This document shows, piece by piece, positions 1-11,804 of a stretch of DNA of 64,000 nucleotides (position 1 is the stretch's first letter; each line of letters opens with the position of its first letter). The DNA is from Reclinomonas americana ATCC 50394 (taxonomy: Eukaryota): the NCBI GenBank assembly GCA_048213135.1, contig PS015296.1, positions 73,073-137,072 of the forward strand, given 5' to 3'. A program made the position numbers and the translations under genes. The notes under the pieces are model-generated. The model worked only from the letters and a program-made list of their open reading frames with translations, was not told the origin of the DNA and ran no database searches.

Positions 1-88
1 TCGTCGTCGTAGTGTGTGTGTGTGTGTGTGTCTCGTCCCTTCCCGTTCCGTCCGTCTCTTCTTCTTCTCTCTCTCTTCTCCTCTACCT

Positions 89-135
<47 letters not shown>

Positions 136-262
136 GTGTGTGTATGTGCTTGCCTTTTCTTTCGCTCATTCTTTCTCCTCTCCTTGCCCTTCTTTCTCTC
201 TCACTCTCTCCCCCTTCACCCTTTTCCTCTCACTCTCCCTCCCTCCCTCTCCCTCCACGCAC

Positions 263-700
263 CTGCATGAACGGCTGCTTCATACGATTGACACGCGGAA
301 CTGCACCAGGAGAAATGCGATTGACGAGATCACACAGCACCCTGAGTGAAATGCGAGTGTGAGCATTTGTGTACACGCACTGCTGCATCAGTGTGCTGGA
401 CGCAACAAGCCATCCTTCAAGTGCTCCTCAAACGACGAGGTGAAACGCTGTCCAGTCACCGCCTCAATCCACGCCTGTGCATCACGCTCGCCCTCATCTC
501 CGCGCTTCGCCTGCTGCTTGCCGTACAGCTCGCGGTCAACTCCGTAAATGGGAACGCCTGTGTGTGTGCGTGAGAAGAAGACGAAGAGAAGAGATGGACA
601 TCAGTGACCATCACGAACACACAAACACACACACTCGTTTAAGAGACTGTGACAAACCATCGGGGCGTTTCTCCGCGTCCTCGTAATTCCGGTAAGCCAT
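263..700 (-). CDS. Calponin/transgelin-family CH-domain protein, 5' part (3 exons seen; continues beyond window start)
   Basis: Spliced translation MAYRNYEDAEKRPDGVPIYGVDRELYGKQQAKR...AQAWIEAVTGQRFTSSFEEHLKDGLVLCDLVNRISPGAVPRVNRMKQPFMQ. This matches the calponin N-terminus and the CH motifs WIE.VTG and LKDG..LC.L.N...PG. Introns are GT-AG. Confidence 0.85.
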
Positions 701-1724
701 GGCGTTTGTGTGGAGTGTCAGAGAGTGTGTGAGCGACGTCGGCGTGTCCTCTCTGACAATGCGCTTTTTCTTTCTTTCGGCGTCTTTGTGTCTCTGGCGC
801 GCGCGCGCTGACAATAAACAGTCGATGTGGCGAGTGGCGTGCCACGGATGTTGCGCTCCTCTCTGTCTGCGTTTTTCCGAGACCATGTCGACGTTCATTC
901 AACGAAGTCGCTTTGTGATGAACTGATGATCGGCGCCACACCACACCAGCCTTATCCTTCACCCCAGCAGCTAGTGCAAGCATGACTGCCGCTTTGCCTC
1001 ACACGCGAGGCGACCGTCGACGCTTCTTCATTATTCCGTCGACCGGCAATCCATCGATCACTCACTTCTCCCCTACAGCACACTCCGGTGAGTTTATCAC
1101 GACCTCCACACGCACGTCAGGCACAGGCGCCGCACGATTGCGCGTAGAGAGTAGCTTGTTCAGTGGAGTACTCGTGCGTGTGGTGTGCTGTTTGCGGTGT
1201 GCGTTGGGGCGTGGGCGATGCGAGCGTACATGTGCATGTCCAATGCGCGACGCAGCCTCCCCCTCGCCCCCTCTCTCCCTCTCTTCGCACGTGTGTTTTT
1301 GATGCACATACCACGTCTGCGTGCGTGTGTTTTGTGTCTGTGGTCAACTTTGTGTGTTGCGAGAGTGAGAGTGAATCGAAAAGAGTCAGGGTAGGTGCCA
1401 TGGCTCTCACTCTGCACACTCTGCGCGTTCCCTCTCCTCTCTCGCGCTGTGGATTCTCATGTATAGTCGCGCGTGTGTTGCGTTCGTCTCGCACACTTAT
1501 GTCACCCTTGTTTGTGATTGACAGTGACGACAGTGAGTGATGTGATCAGCGTGTGTCGCACTATCCTTCATCGTGCACACGACTCGCGCATGGCAGTGGT
1601 GGTGTCGTTGTTGTTGTCCTCATGGTCTCCATGCGCATTCAAGTGAGAGAGGAGAGAAGAACGAGTGGTTCACGCTGCCATGTTTGACCCGTGCACTCAC
1701 TCTTCCCTTGTTTGCGTGCAGATC

Positions 1725-2316
1725 ATGGGCAAGAACCCTGGCAAGAAGCAAAAGTTGGCTCCGGTGGTGACCCGCGAGTTCACCGTGCACCTGCACAAGC
1801 GCCTGCACAAGACGTGCGTGCCACCCTCGACTCTTGTCATGATGTGAGAGTGAGACTGACCATTCTCGTCTCGTCTCTTCCTACGCGCAGCAACTACCGG
1901 TACAAGGCGACCCGCGCCATCCGCGAGCTCAAGGAGTTTGCGGAGCAGCAGATGGGAACCAGCGACAACCGTGTCGGTGCGCTGACTCTTGTTGTTGTGG
2001 ATATGAATGATGATGACTCTCGTGCTTACTTTGTTTCCGTCGTGCAGACGTGGAGCTCAACCAGGCCATCTGGCGATACGGTGTGCGCCGCGCACCTTTC
2101 CGCATCCGCATTCGTTGCTCACGCAAGAAGAAGGAGGATGAGGTCCGTGTCGCACCGTAGTCTTCGTGTGACTGATGTTTCATGCATCTCACCGTCGTCC
2201 GTGATCAACAGGAGGGCGACGCCGAAGCTGGTCTCTACACCCTCATCTCGTACGTGCCGGTGCAGAAGGGCGAGTTCCACGGCCTGACCACCAAGACTGT
2301 GGACTCGGAGGCATAA
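1725..2316 (+). CDS. RPL31: 60S ribosomal protein eL31 (4 coding exons)
   Basis: MGKNPGKKQKLAPVVTREFTVHLHKRLHKT|NYRYKATRAIRELKEFAEQQMGTSDNRV|DVELNQAIWRYGVRRAPFRIRIRCSRKKKEDE|EGDAEAGLYTLISYVPVQKGEFHGLTTKTVDSEA*. Hallmark L31 motifs are present, with three GT-AG introns and a TAA stop. Confidence 0.97.
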
Positions 2317-2736
2317 GCTCCCTTTGTGTGTGTGTGTCTGTGTGTTGGGTGGCGTGACAGGATCATTGTGTTTTGCGGGTGACATTGGGCCGGTGGTTTC
2401 TTGCTGGAGTATGAAGGGGGAGATCTCTGTCTCTTTCCTCGTTCATCTGCGGCATCACCGCGTCCACAAACGCTTGACAGAGTGAGAATGAATCGCCGTG
2501 TGCGCTCGTCGGGAACATCATTTGTTGTGTGCGAGGAATGCTGTCCAGTTGTCGAAAGAGAGTCGAGTTCCCGATGAGCCAACCTTCACCGATACTCGCG
2601 TCCCCCTTCCTATCTCCTCAACTGGACCACATCCCACAATCCTCACATGTGCACCGGAGAGAGGGTCACAAACGCGGCACGGAATCCGGCATCGACTGTC
2701 GCTCTTGATCGACGAAACTCACCATCGTTCACTCTC

Positions 2737-5343
2737 ATGTCGGCGCCGACACCTCTGCCTCCACCCCCTCCACCCCCTGCCAGTGGTGGTGGCGGTGATG
2801 ACTACTACGACGGGCACCGAGGAGGAGGAGGAGGACGAGGAGGCGGTCGCGCACGAGGAGGAGGAGGCGGACGCGCTCGCGGCGAAAGAGGAGGAGGAGG
2901 AGGAGGAGGATATCGCGGTCGCGGTGGGCGCGGAGGCCGTCCATGGCTGGTGGCCGCAGTGCCCGAGTTCGACACACCACCACCACCTGCGCCACCACCA
3001 CCGACAGCAACGGAAACAGCAGCAGCCGATGGAGGCGAGGGAAGCGCGCGAAAACCGCGTGAGCCCTCACGATGCCCGCAGTGCCCCGAGACCTTTGCAA
3101 CTCCACGCCAACTCACCGCGCACCAGCGCGACACTGGCCACGGTGTGTGCCCGCACTGTCAGCGCAAGTTCAAGCAGTACTTTCGCCTGCAGAAACACAT
3201 CAAGTTGGACCACACGGGTGATGGTGGTGAGTGCATTGTTGGTCACAATGTGGCGTGTGGCTAATGTGTGTGCTGAGCAGGCCCAGGTGCAGGCGCAGGC
3301 GATGAAGGCGCGCCACCTGCGGTGCAGGCGCGACCTAATCGACGCGAGCGACAGGGGAGGCGTGAGGTGATGATGGTGCCCGCGGATCCACAAGGCGAAG
3401 TGGTGGTCCGCGAGATGCGGGAACGTGCACCGCGTCGGCCTCCGCGAGTGGTCCGTGTGGATCGTGTGCCGTCGGCTAGAGGGCAGCGCCAGCCAGCCAT
3501 GATACCGGTGGGCGGTGGCGGTGGCGCATCGGTGAGTCTATTTTGCAGCTGTGTATCGGTTGGTACTCACTGTTGCGCATCGACAGGCCGACTCACAAGC
3601 GACTGCGCGGTTTGCGTGCACGCCGGAGGAGGTGGAGGCGGAGATTGTCGCGTACCGATCACGGCCTGGTGCGGCGCCGCTGGGGAGCAGCGTGCAGCAG
3701 GTGTTGGACAGCACGGTGGAGAGATTGTTGCGGGAGCGGCGGCAGATTGCGGAGGCGGCGGAGCGGCTGCGCGTGTTCATCTCCGAGTTCATGGAGCCCA
3801 CTGTTGCCGATGCACTGGGAGACGCCGGTGCCACAGTGCATGTGTTTGGCTCGGCGGGATCGGGCTTGTGGCTGCGCGGTGGTTCCAGCGATGTCGACAT
3901 TTGTGTGGAGGTGCCCGGATGCACGTCGAAAAAGAAGCAGATTGCCGTGCGTCTCGTTGGCTATCGCCCATGCCTGTTGTATTTTGCCACCGCTCACTCA
4001 CGCGACGGCGTGTGTCGCAGGCGCTCAAGGCACTCCGCACACAAGTGCGCAAGAACATCAAGGCGTGGTACAGCTATCGGTCGTTGCGTCGCTTTCACGT
4101 CAGCCATGCAATCACCCCTTATTCTCTCACCCCCCATCGGCGCAGATTCGTCGACATTGAGTTGGTGGCGCACGCGCGAGTGCCGATCATCAAGTTCAAG
4201 CATCCGACCGGCTTCGAGTGCGACATTTGTATCAACAACATGGCGGCCGTGCGCAACACGATGCTCTTGCGGCAGTACACAGAGGTGAGTTCACTTCTTC
4301 TTTTTGTCAGCAGCACTCGCCCTGGCTCACTCTCTGCCCGGGTACACAGGTGCACGGGCTGGTGCACGATCTGATTGTGGTGATCAAGAGCTGGGCCAAG
4401 GCGCGCGGAATCAACTGCCCGCGCGAACAGACACTCTCCTCGTACTGTCTGTCGTTGATGGCGGTATCGTTTTTGCAGCACGCCGGACTGCTGGGCGTCA
4501 TACCATGCGAGACCATGAGCTCGGCCGACGGCGAAGAGTTTGTGGATCTCGACGATGAGATTCAGTTGGGCGTCGGAGCAGCAGCAGTCGACGATGGCGA
4601 AGTGGAGCACGTGACGGCAGCATTGCAGGTTTTGCGAGTGGTGGACGAGTTGGGCGACGGTGATGACGATGATGACGAGGAGGAGGACGACGACGACGAT
4701 GTTGTTGATGACGAGGATGACCATGATGCGGGTGACGACGATGATGACGACGATCGGGAGTACGCGGCGAGTGGTGAGTCTCTGCATACTTTTGTGATGA
4801 AAAGAAAGTATGGAGATGTTAATGGCCATGTTCAGCTTCTGCTGCCAGCGCCTCGACGAGAACAACATCATCAACAACAACCACGGCCTCCGCCGCCGCA
4901 GCGTCGAGCTCTGCGACCGTGCATCGCATCCAAACCGAGCACGTCACCATTGGTGGTCTCGTCACTCGCTTCTTTGACTTTTTCGAGTTTGACGCACGAG
5001 CGGCTGCCGAGAGACCAGCGGGCTCGGTGTTTTGCGTGCCCACCGACGTCATGTGCGTGCGTCTCGGCTCCATTCGCTCCAAGCGCGAGGTGTGGCGCAA
5101 CATTCGGCGAGAGTTGCGTGCCCTTCGCTCCTCGTGTATGTGCTTGCGTGGTTGCTCATCACGAGGCTGTGCAGTGCGGACCGTCACTTTATCAGTGTGC
5201 AAGACCCCGTGACACCCGTCGTCGACAACGGCCGTCACGTGGATCGGCGCGCGCTCGAGGTCATTGCTGCCGAGTTCCGACGCGCGCAGCGAATCCTCCG
5301 TGAGACCGGCGACATGCAGCTGCTTTGCTCTACACGCATGTAG
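2737..5343 (+). CDS. Non-canonical poly(A)/terminal uridylyl transferase (Cid1/TUT/Trf4 family) with N-terminal RGG tract and two C2H2 zinc fingers; multi-exon
   Basis: Catalytic motifs VHVFGSAGSGLWLRGGSSDVDIC, ARVPIIKF..GFECDICINN..AVRNTMLL and IKSWAKARGIN...TLSSYCLSLMAVSFLQ. PAP-associated region ISVQDPVTPVVDNGRHV...EFRRAQRIL. Zinc fingers CPQC..H....H and CPHC..HIKLDH. Confidence 0.88.
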
Positions 5344-5475
5344 AATGACACCCCCTCTCCGTAGCACATGAATCAATTACAGTGCACCTGCCGTGCTGCT
5401 GCTGCTGACGATGCTTTGCGAGTTTTTTAATTGTTGCTCTCTTCCTGCGACATAATCCATCATCACGGCGCGTGT

Positions 5476-8400
5476 TCAGCGGAACAAGCGCAGCAAGGCG
5501 TTCAGTTCGTCCAGGATGAGTTCCACAGTCGGGCGCTGGTTGCGGTCGAGGCTCACGCAGCTGCATCGTGCACGAACGGGGTCAGTCAGTGTGAGAGAGA
5601 ACAGACAGCAGATGTTCATGCGCACCTGGAACCCATGCGGAAAAATCTCGTCGCCACCTCGGCAGGCCACGGACCGGCCTGCTGGTCCGCCCACGTCATG
5701 GGGTTGAAACTGGGGCCCTCCGTGTCGATCAACCTTGTGAGGACGGCACGAGCCTTCATGCCGGACAGCAACTGCAAAAAGATGACGCCCATGGCGTACA
5801 CGTCGTTTTCGACGCGGAACTTGCCGCTGCGCAGCGCCAGCGGGTCGAGATACTCGAGCGTGCCGGCAACCGTGCCCGTGCCGTGTGTCTGCGCCCGCTG
5901 AGTGTGAGCAGGACGCACACACGCAGAGGCAGAGGCAGAGTGGCGATTACCTTGGAGTCGTCGAATATCCGCGCAATGCCAAAATCACCGAGACGGGGAC
6001 GACGATGCTCGTCCATCAACACATTGGACGGCTTCAAGTCGCGATGGACAATGTTGTGCTGCACACACACAAGACACACCAAAGTGAACAACGGAAGACA
6101 GGCGCGAATGGTGCGGCGTGGTGCGCCAACTCAACTTGATGCAAGAACAAGACACCCTCCGTGACACCGTGCGCAATGCTGATGCGCTCGTACGCCGTCA
6201 GTGGCGCCACGCCAGGCGGGGTCTCCAGCAACACCTTTTCCAGATCGTGCTTGCTGCACATCATCGCAATACATGAGCAACAGGTGTCACAGGCACGGAG
6301 ACAAGCACATGCGCGAATGCACGCACCTCATTGCCTCGTACACAATGCACCGCCGACCACTGGCATCGGTGGAGAAGCCCAGCATCATCACCAAGCCCGG
6401 ATGTCTGAGCAGTCCAAGAGTGTTCATCTGTAGCACGCGCGTGTCAGTCACACAGGCGTCTGTGCGTAATACGCACACGCTCTTGGACGCAACTTCGTTC
6501 TGGAACGACGACTCGGCCCACGGCGCGTCCGAGTCAATGACCTTGATGGCCACATTCCGACTGTCGAGTTGGCACAAGTACACGGAGCCCTGACCGCCAG
6601 AGCCGACCACCAGCGACTGGTCAAAGTTTCTATCGCGCAATGTGATGATGAGTCTCGCCACCACGAGACACCGCCCATGCGCTACTGCAGCAGCACCACG
6701 CACCTTGTGGCTCGCTCAATCTCGGCCCACATGTACTGCACCACACGTCGGCTGTAGTTCTCGACTGCAGCATTTCCACAAAAGAAAAGTGAGAAAGCAT
6801 TCGACGGAGAAAAAACACTTCAACGGAGCAATCACTTACCCTCGGCCTGCAGTCGCACAACCTCACCCTCGGCGGCATCACCACGACGACGCTCCGCCAC
6901 CAGCTGCCGATTCAGGTCGGCCACCTGCGCTTCGAGTCGCTGAGCTGCCGCCTCCGCTGTGCGCAGCGCTGCCTGCAGACGATTAATGGTCTCCCGGTTC
7001 GCCTCGTCCAGTCGAAGGCGTTCGTCCGACTGCCGCAGGCGTTCGTCGTCCTGGCGAATGCGCTCCTCGAGTGTGCGTTCCTTTCTCTCCGCCAGCCGCA
7101 CACGGTCCAGTGCCTGATCCCGTGCGGCCTCTGCCTGTCGCGCACGCTCTTCGGCCTCTCGCAAAGCCGTGGCACTCGCACCGCCGCCACCACCGCCGCC
7201 ACCATGAGCCTCCAAATCACGCAGTCTTTCCTCTGCTCTCCGCCTCGCCGCGTCCTGCGAGCGTGCCATGCCCTCGGCCTCTCGCCGCGCGGCCTCCTGA
7301 TTGCGCAGACGACTCTCCGCATCTTGCAACTGCGCACGAAGCGCGGCCAGTTGTTGATCTCGCTCAAAAACGTTGCTGTCCGATCCCGACGCTGCTGCTG
7401 GCGATTGAGCTGCAGGTGGTGGGGCGACTACCATTGGCTGCGCACCGGCCGGTGCCGGTCGCGGTTGCAAGCCGGCCACGATTGCTCCTTGCGCCGCCCT
7501 AATCGATTGTGGCGGTGGTGCCACCACCACTGGTACCCGCTGTGCCTGCTGCGGCTGCGGCGGCGGCGGCTGCTGCTGGTGCTGTTGCTGAGGCGGCAGT
7601 GCGGCGACAACCGGATACCGCGCAGCGGAAGCGCTTGAGTTTGGAACTGGTGAGCTGGACTCTGCAGCACGCAGACCTGCATAAAATCGACGGTGAGTGC
7701 AAATGTACTGTGCGTGTGAGAGAGCATATTGAACAAGCGAACCCGTGTTCCACACACGAATGGTCTTGTCGTCCGAAGCCGTCACCAGGCGACCGAGAGA
7801 GGCAAAGGCCACCGACGACACTGTGCACGAATAAGTGTGAGCAAAAAACAGAGGAGCAAAATAAGAGCCTGGATGAGCACCACATACCGCGCCCCGTATG
7901 ACCCTCGACAATGGTGACCATGTCGCCCGTCAGCGTGTCGTAGACGCGGGCCGTCATACCCGCGGCCGCCGCCACAAACGCTCCATGACAGAGCGCCACC
8001 GACGACACCATCTGCGTGGAGACGCGCACCAGCCGCTCCTCCCTGCCCGTCTGCAGCGACCACATGCGCAGAGTGTGATCCGACGAGCCACTGACGACCA
8101 GATCGGCCGACACCGCCACCGACTGAATCCACGACGAGTGGCCGGCCAGCGTCTGCACCAGATCACCCGTGGCCAAGTTCCACACGCGAATGGCGCAATC
8201 GGCCGACCCGGAAACCACTTGCGAATTGTCGGGAGTCACCGCCACCGTCATGACCGAGTCGGCGTGGCCCTTCAACGAGCGCACAAACGCGCCCGTGGCA
8301 AAGTTCCACACGCCCAGCGAGCGGTCAATCGACGCCGAGACCACCAGCAGGGTCTCGCCCGCCACTCCATCCTCCGCATCGGCCGCCAGCAACTCCGCCT

Positions 8401-8782
8401 CGTCACTGGCCTCCGACTCGAGCTGACTCACATCGGCGACCGAGTGCGACGTCGCCACCGCCTTGACTGTCGACGTATGCGCGCCTGCGCCAGCGGCATT
8501 GCTCCAGTCGACGTCGCCACGCTGCACATCCCACCGCCGCACACTGCAGTCCTCCGATCCGCTAAACAAGTAGCGCCCCGATGTGGAGAAGGCCACGCAG
8601 TAAACGGCACGAGAATGCCCGCGCAGGGTGTGTAAAAGGCGACCCGACGGCAACTCCCACACGCGAATCGTGCCGTCTTGAATGGCGGCCGCCACTCGTC
8701 GACCATTGGCCGAACACGCAACTTGCCACACGCGAGTGCCGACTCCACCGAGGTCCAGACGTTGCAGCTCTTCTGCTTGCAT
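5476..8782 (-). CDS. WD40-repeat + coiled-coil + RLK/Pelle(IRAK)-type Ser/Thr kinase fusion protein; multi-exon
   Basis: About 7 WD repeats (GH...VWE/RWD/VWN), a P/Q-rich linker and an R/E/A coiled coil. In-frame GT-AG junctions then lead to YMWAEIERATRNFDQSLVVGSGGQGSVY, VAIK, CIVYEAM, HRDLKPSNVL, DFG, GTLEYLDP, DVYAMGVIFLQLLSG and AGPWPAEVA...QRPTVE. Confidence 0.85.
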
Positions 8783-9087
8783 CTCTCTGTGTGAGAGAGA
8801 CACACAGAGAGTGTGTGAGTGAGTGTGAGTAGAATGCGGCGGACGATAACACACACTGACGCAAACCTTGTTGTGCACTTTGTGTCTTGCTCTCTCTCTC
8901 ACACACACACGCTCGCACACGTGCAAAGAGGGAGATGGGTGGACACGCGCGCTTCACGTGCGTCCGCGCGTGGGTTAGGTTTAGTTTTGTTTGCGTGTTC
9001 ATTGATCCATCATTCCGTCGTTCAATTCATATTACAAATGTGTTGAGCGCTCCGACCTGCCTTCTCTCTCTCTTTCTCCGGTGGGTC

Positions 9088-11627
9088 TCATTCTGAGGAG
9101 CGCCAGTTGCCACCGCCGAGCATTGAGGTGGTGAGTCGTCCGTTGGTGGGGTGTTGTGCAGCAGCAGCGGCTGACGGACCATTGCCGGTGGGCGTCGATG
9201 ATGCGGAGGAACCGGAGCGGTGTGTCCGCAGAGCGGCGGCTGTGCGCTCTTGCATGCTGCACACGGAAAGAGACAACATGTAAGTCTCTCTCTCTCTCTC
9301 TCTCTCTCCTCTTCTTACACACACTCGCTTCCTCGTACCTCAGCGAGCCGGGTATGAGCGTTGGTGCGCTGGAGCGGCGATCGTGGCTACCGGCGGCTGA
9401 GGTCGGCTGTGAGGGCGCCAGCAGACCGCGTGACTCGAGGTTCTTGCGCAGGATCTTTTGCGTCAGCTCCGTGTCGGTGACCACGTCGGTGGCCACCATG
9501 TCGACCTCGCGTGCACTAATGTCGCTAGTGAAGCGCGAGTGTGTGGTCTGCCGCCGCAGTTGCTTGAGGTCGCCCTCCGCCTGCGACGCGTGCTCCTTCA
9601 GGCGCTTGTTCTCCGCCAGCAAGTGGTCCAACATGCGCATCAGATCCATCTTCTCTTGTGGCGGTCGGCTTGCGCCGCTGCCGTTGCCGCTGTCGCTAGA
9701 GCCGCCCTTCAAAAACTTTTGTGCCAGTCTCAACGACTCCAGCTCCTCGTCCTTTTCGCGCAGCTGGCGCCGCAATTGGCCCACCTCCGACGCCAATGCC
9801 GCTCGTGCAGCCTCGTCCTCCGCCAACTGCATGGAAGGGGGAGGGGTCAACAACAGCGTTTTCAGAAACGAGACTCTGAGAGCGTAAAGCAACTCACCCT
9901 CCGTGCGTACAGGCTGCTTTCCGAGGCAATCTCATTAACCGTCGTCTCCTGAATGCGCAGCTCTGTGTTGGCTCTTGACAGCGAAGCCTCCGCATCGTTG
10001 GCTCGGCTCTCGGCGTCCGCCAGCTTCTGTTGCATCTCGTGCAGCTTGCGATCGTACAGCTCCTGCAGCTGCGCCAGTTCCTCACGCAACTGCGAGCGCT
10101 CCTTGCGCAAGCTCGCCTCCGCATCCCGCAACACCGCCGAACCCATGGTCCTGCAAGTCACCTTGTGTTCAGCGCGACACGCACACACACACAGCACTCC
10201 ATCGGTTCTCACGCCGCAACTGTCTGTTCTGCGTGCGATCCAACTCGCTGCGCAGCTGCGTGTTCTCCTCCTTCAGTCGGCGCCGGATGATATCCATTGT
10301 CTCCAACTTGGCGTCAATCACCATGCGCAGCAGTGCCACACTCTTTTCCACGCGCGCCGTGTTGACGCTCAGACCGCTGTCCATCGCCGCACTCACAATC
10401 GGCAAGTCGGAGCGCGTCTGCACTTGACCGGAAAACGACGGCAGGATTTCTGTGTGTGTGTGTGCGTGCATGGTAAGACTCCTCTGTTCCCACTTCGCTC
10501 TCACATGTGTGTGTGCGACGACGCAACGTCGTTGGAACGACTCGACCTCGTCGGCCAATCGTGCCAGCAATGCCGACGATGCCGAGGCCGACCTCTCCAC
10601 CGTCACGTCCTTGTCGGTGCGCGCCGAGTTCATCGACTGCACCTGGTTCAGCGACGACTCCAGATCGGCCACATGCAAGCGCAGCCGCGACACCTCGTCG
10701 CGCAGCGAGTCGACCTCGCGAGTCTTGCTCGCCAGCTCCTCCGCCTTGACGCCCTCCCGAATGTCGCGCGCCTTCTCCAAAAACGTGGATCGCGACAGCT
10801 TCAGCCGATCCAACTCCTTGCGCAACTCCCGATCGTGCTGCGTCAGCGATCCCAGCTGCGCCTTCAACAGCTCGTTCTCATTCTTCAACGACTGCACCAG
10901 CACCTCCGAGGCCGGCGACGCTCCACCCAGCGTCGACAGCATTGTCGGATGCGCACGACCCATTGACGACGCTGCACGAGGCGACGACGGCAACGCAAAT
11001 CGCAGCCCACTGGCCGTGCCCATCCCATTCCCACTAGCACTCTGCGGAGTCGCACCGCCACCACCCATCAATCGCGAGGAGGCCGGTGGAGAAGACGACC
11101 CATCGCCCAGCAACTAACATGATGACGATGGTGAGATCGATGTGCTGCACACACAAAGAGGACGAGAGATGCACGACGCAACATCGCGTCGATCGTACGC
11201 TCCACTGCCGCCACTCGTCTCACGCTCTGCACGAGGGGGAAAAAGTCGCTCAGGAAAACAACAGAGGCCATTTCACCGACGAGGCATGGCCTTGCACGCC
11301 ACGCACTCGTTCTCTCCATCTCCCTCTCTGCCTCTCTATGCATGCACACACGCCACTGCACACACACACACACAACCACGCACACTCTCTCTCGTCCCTG
11401 TCTCCGCGCCTCTCTCGCATATGCACTCACCAGCTTCCGCGACAAACATTCTCTCCTTCAATGAGCGATACTTCTCCAGCAACTCGGCGTTCTCCAAGCG
11501 CTCCAGCACACTCTCAGCCACGTCAAGAACCTTAACAGACCGAATATGAGTCAAGACACTTCCTCCGGCACGCGTTTTTTCACAATGAAACAAGCACCTG
11601 CATTGCACTCGGTTCCGCTGTCGCCAT
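9088..11627 (-). CDS. Uncharacterised long coiled-coil protein; multi-exon
   Basis: Heptad-rich exons (LKNENELLKAQLGSLTQHDRELRKELDRLK; LREELAQLQELYDRKLHEMQQKLADAE; LLAENKRLKEH) joined by GT-AG introns. The inferred start MATAEPSAMQ is head-to-head with CEP78. Some internal exon boundaries are uncertain. Confidence 0.6.
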
Positions 11628-11804
11628 ATACAAATGCACTCACACTCTCAATGCACTGCACTCCTCCCTCTGCAGAGTCCAACAACAATCGCTCAACGTG
11701 AAAGTGCTTTTGGGTTTTGCGTGACAAACACGACCAGCGAGCCGCGCATGCAATCTGTCCGCATTGTCCGTGCTGGACCGTTACGCCTTTGTTGTGTTTT
11801 TTGA

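Noticed and set aside
885-926. Short ORF MSTFIQRSRFVMN and TGATGA boxes upstream of RPL31
   Set aside because: No recognisable peptide, and no well-placed D box with a terminal stem. It cannot be distinguished from chance.
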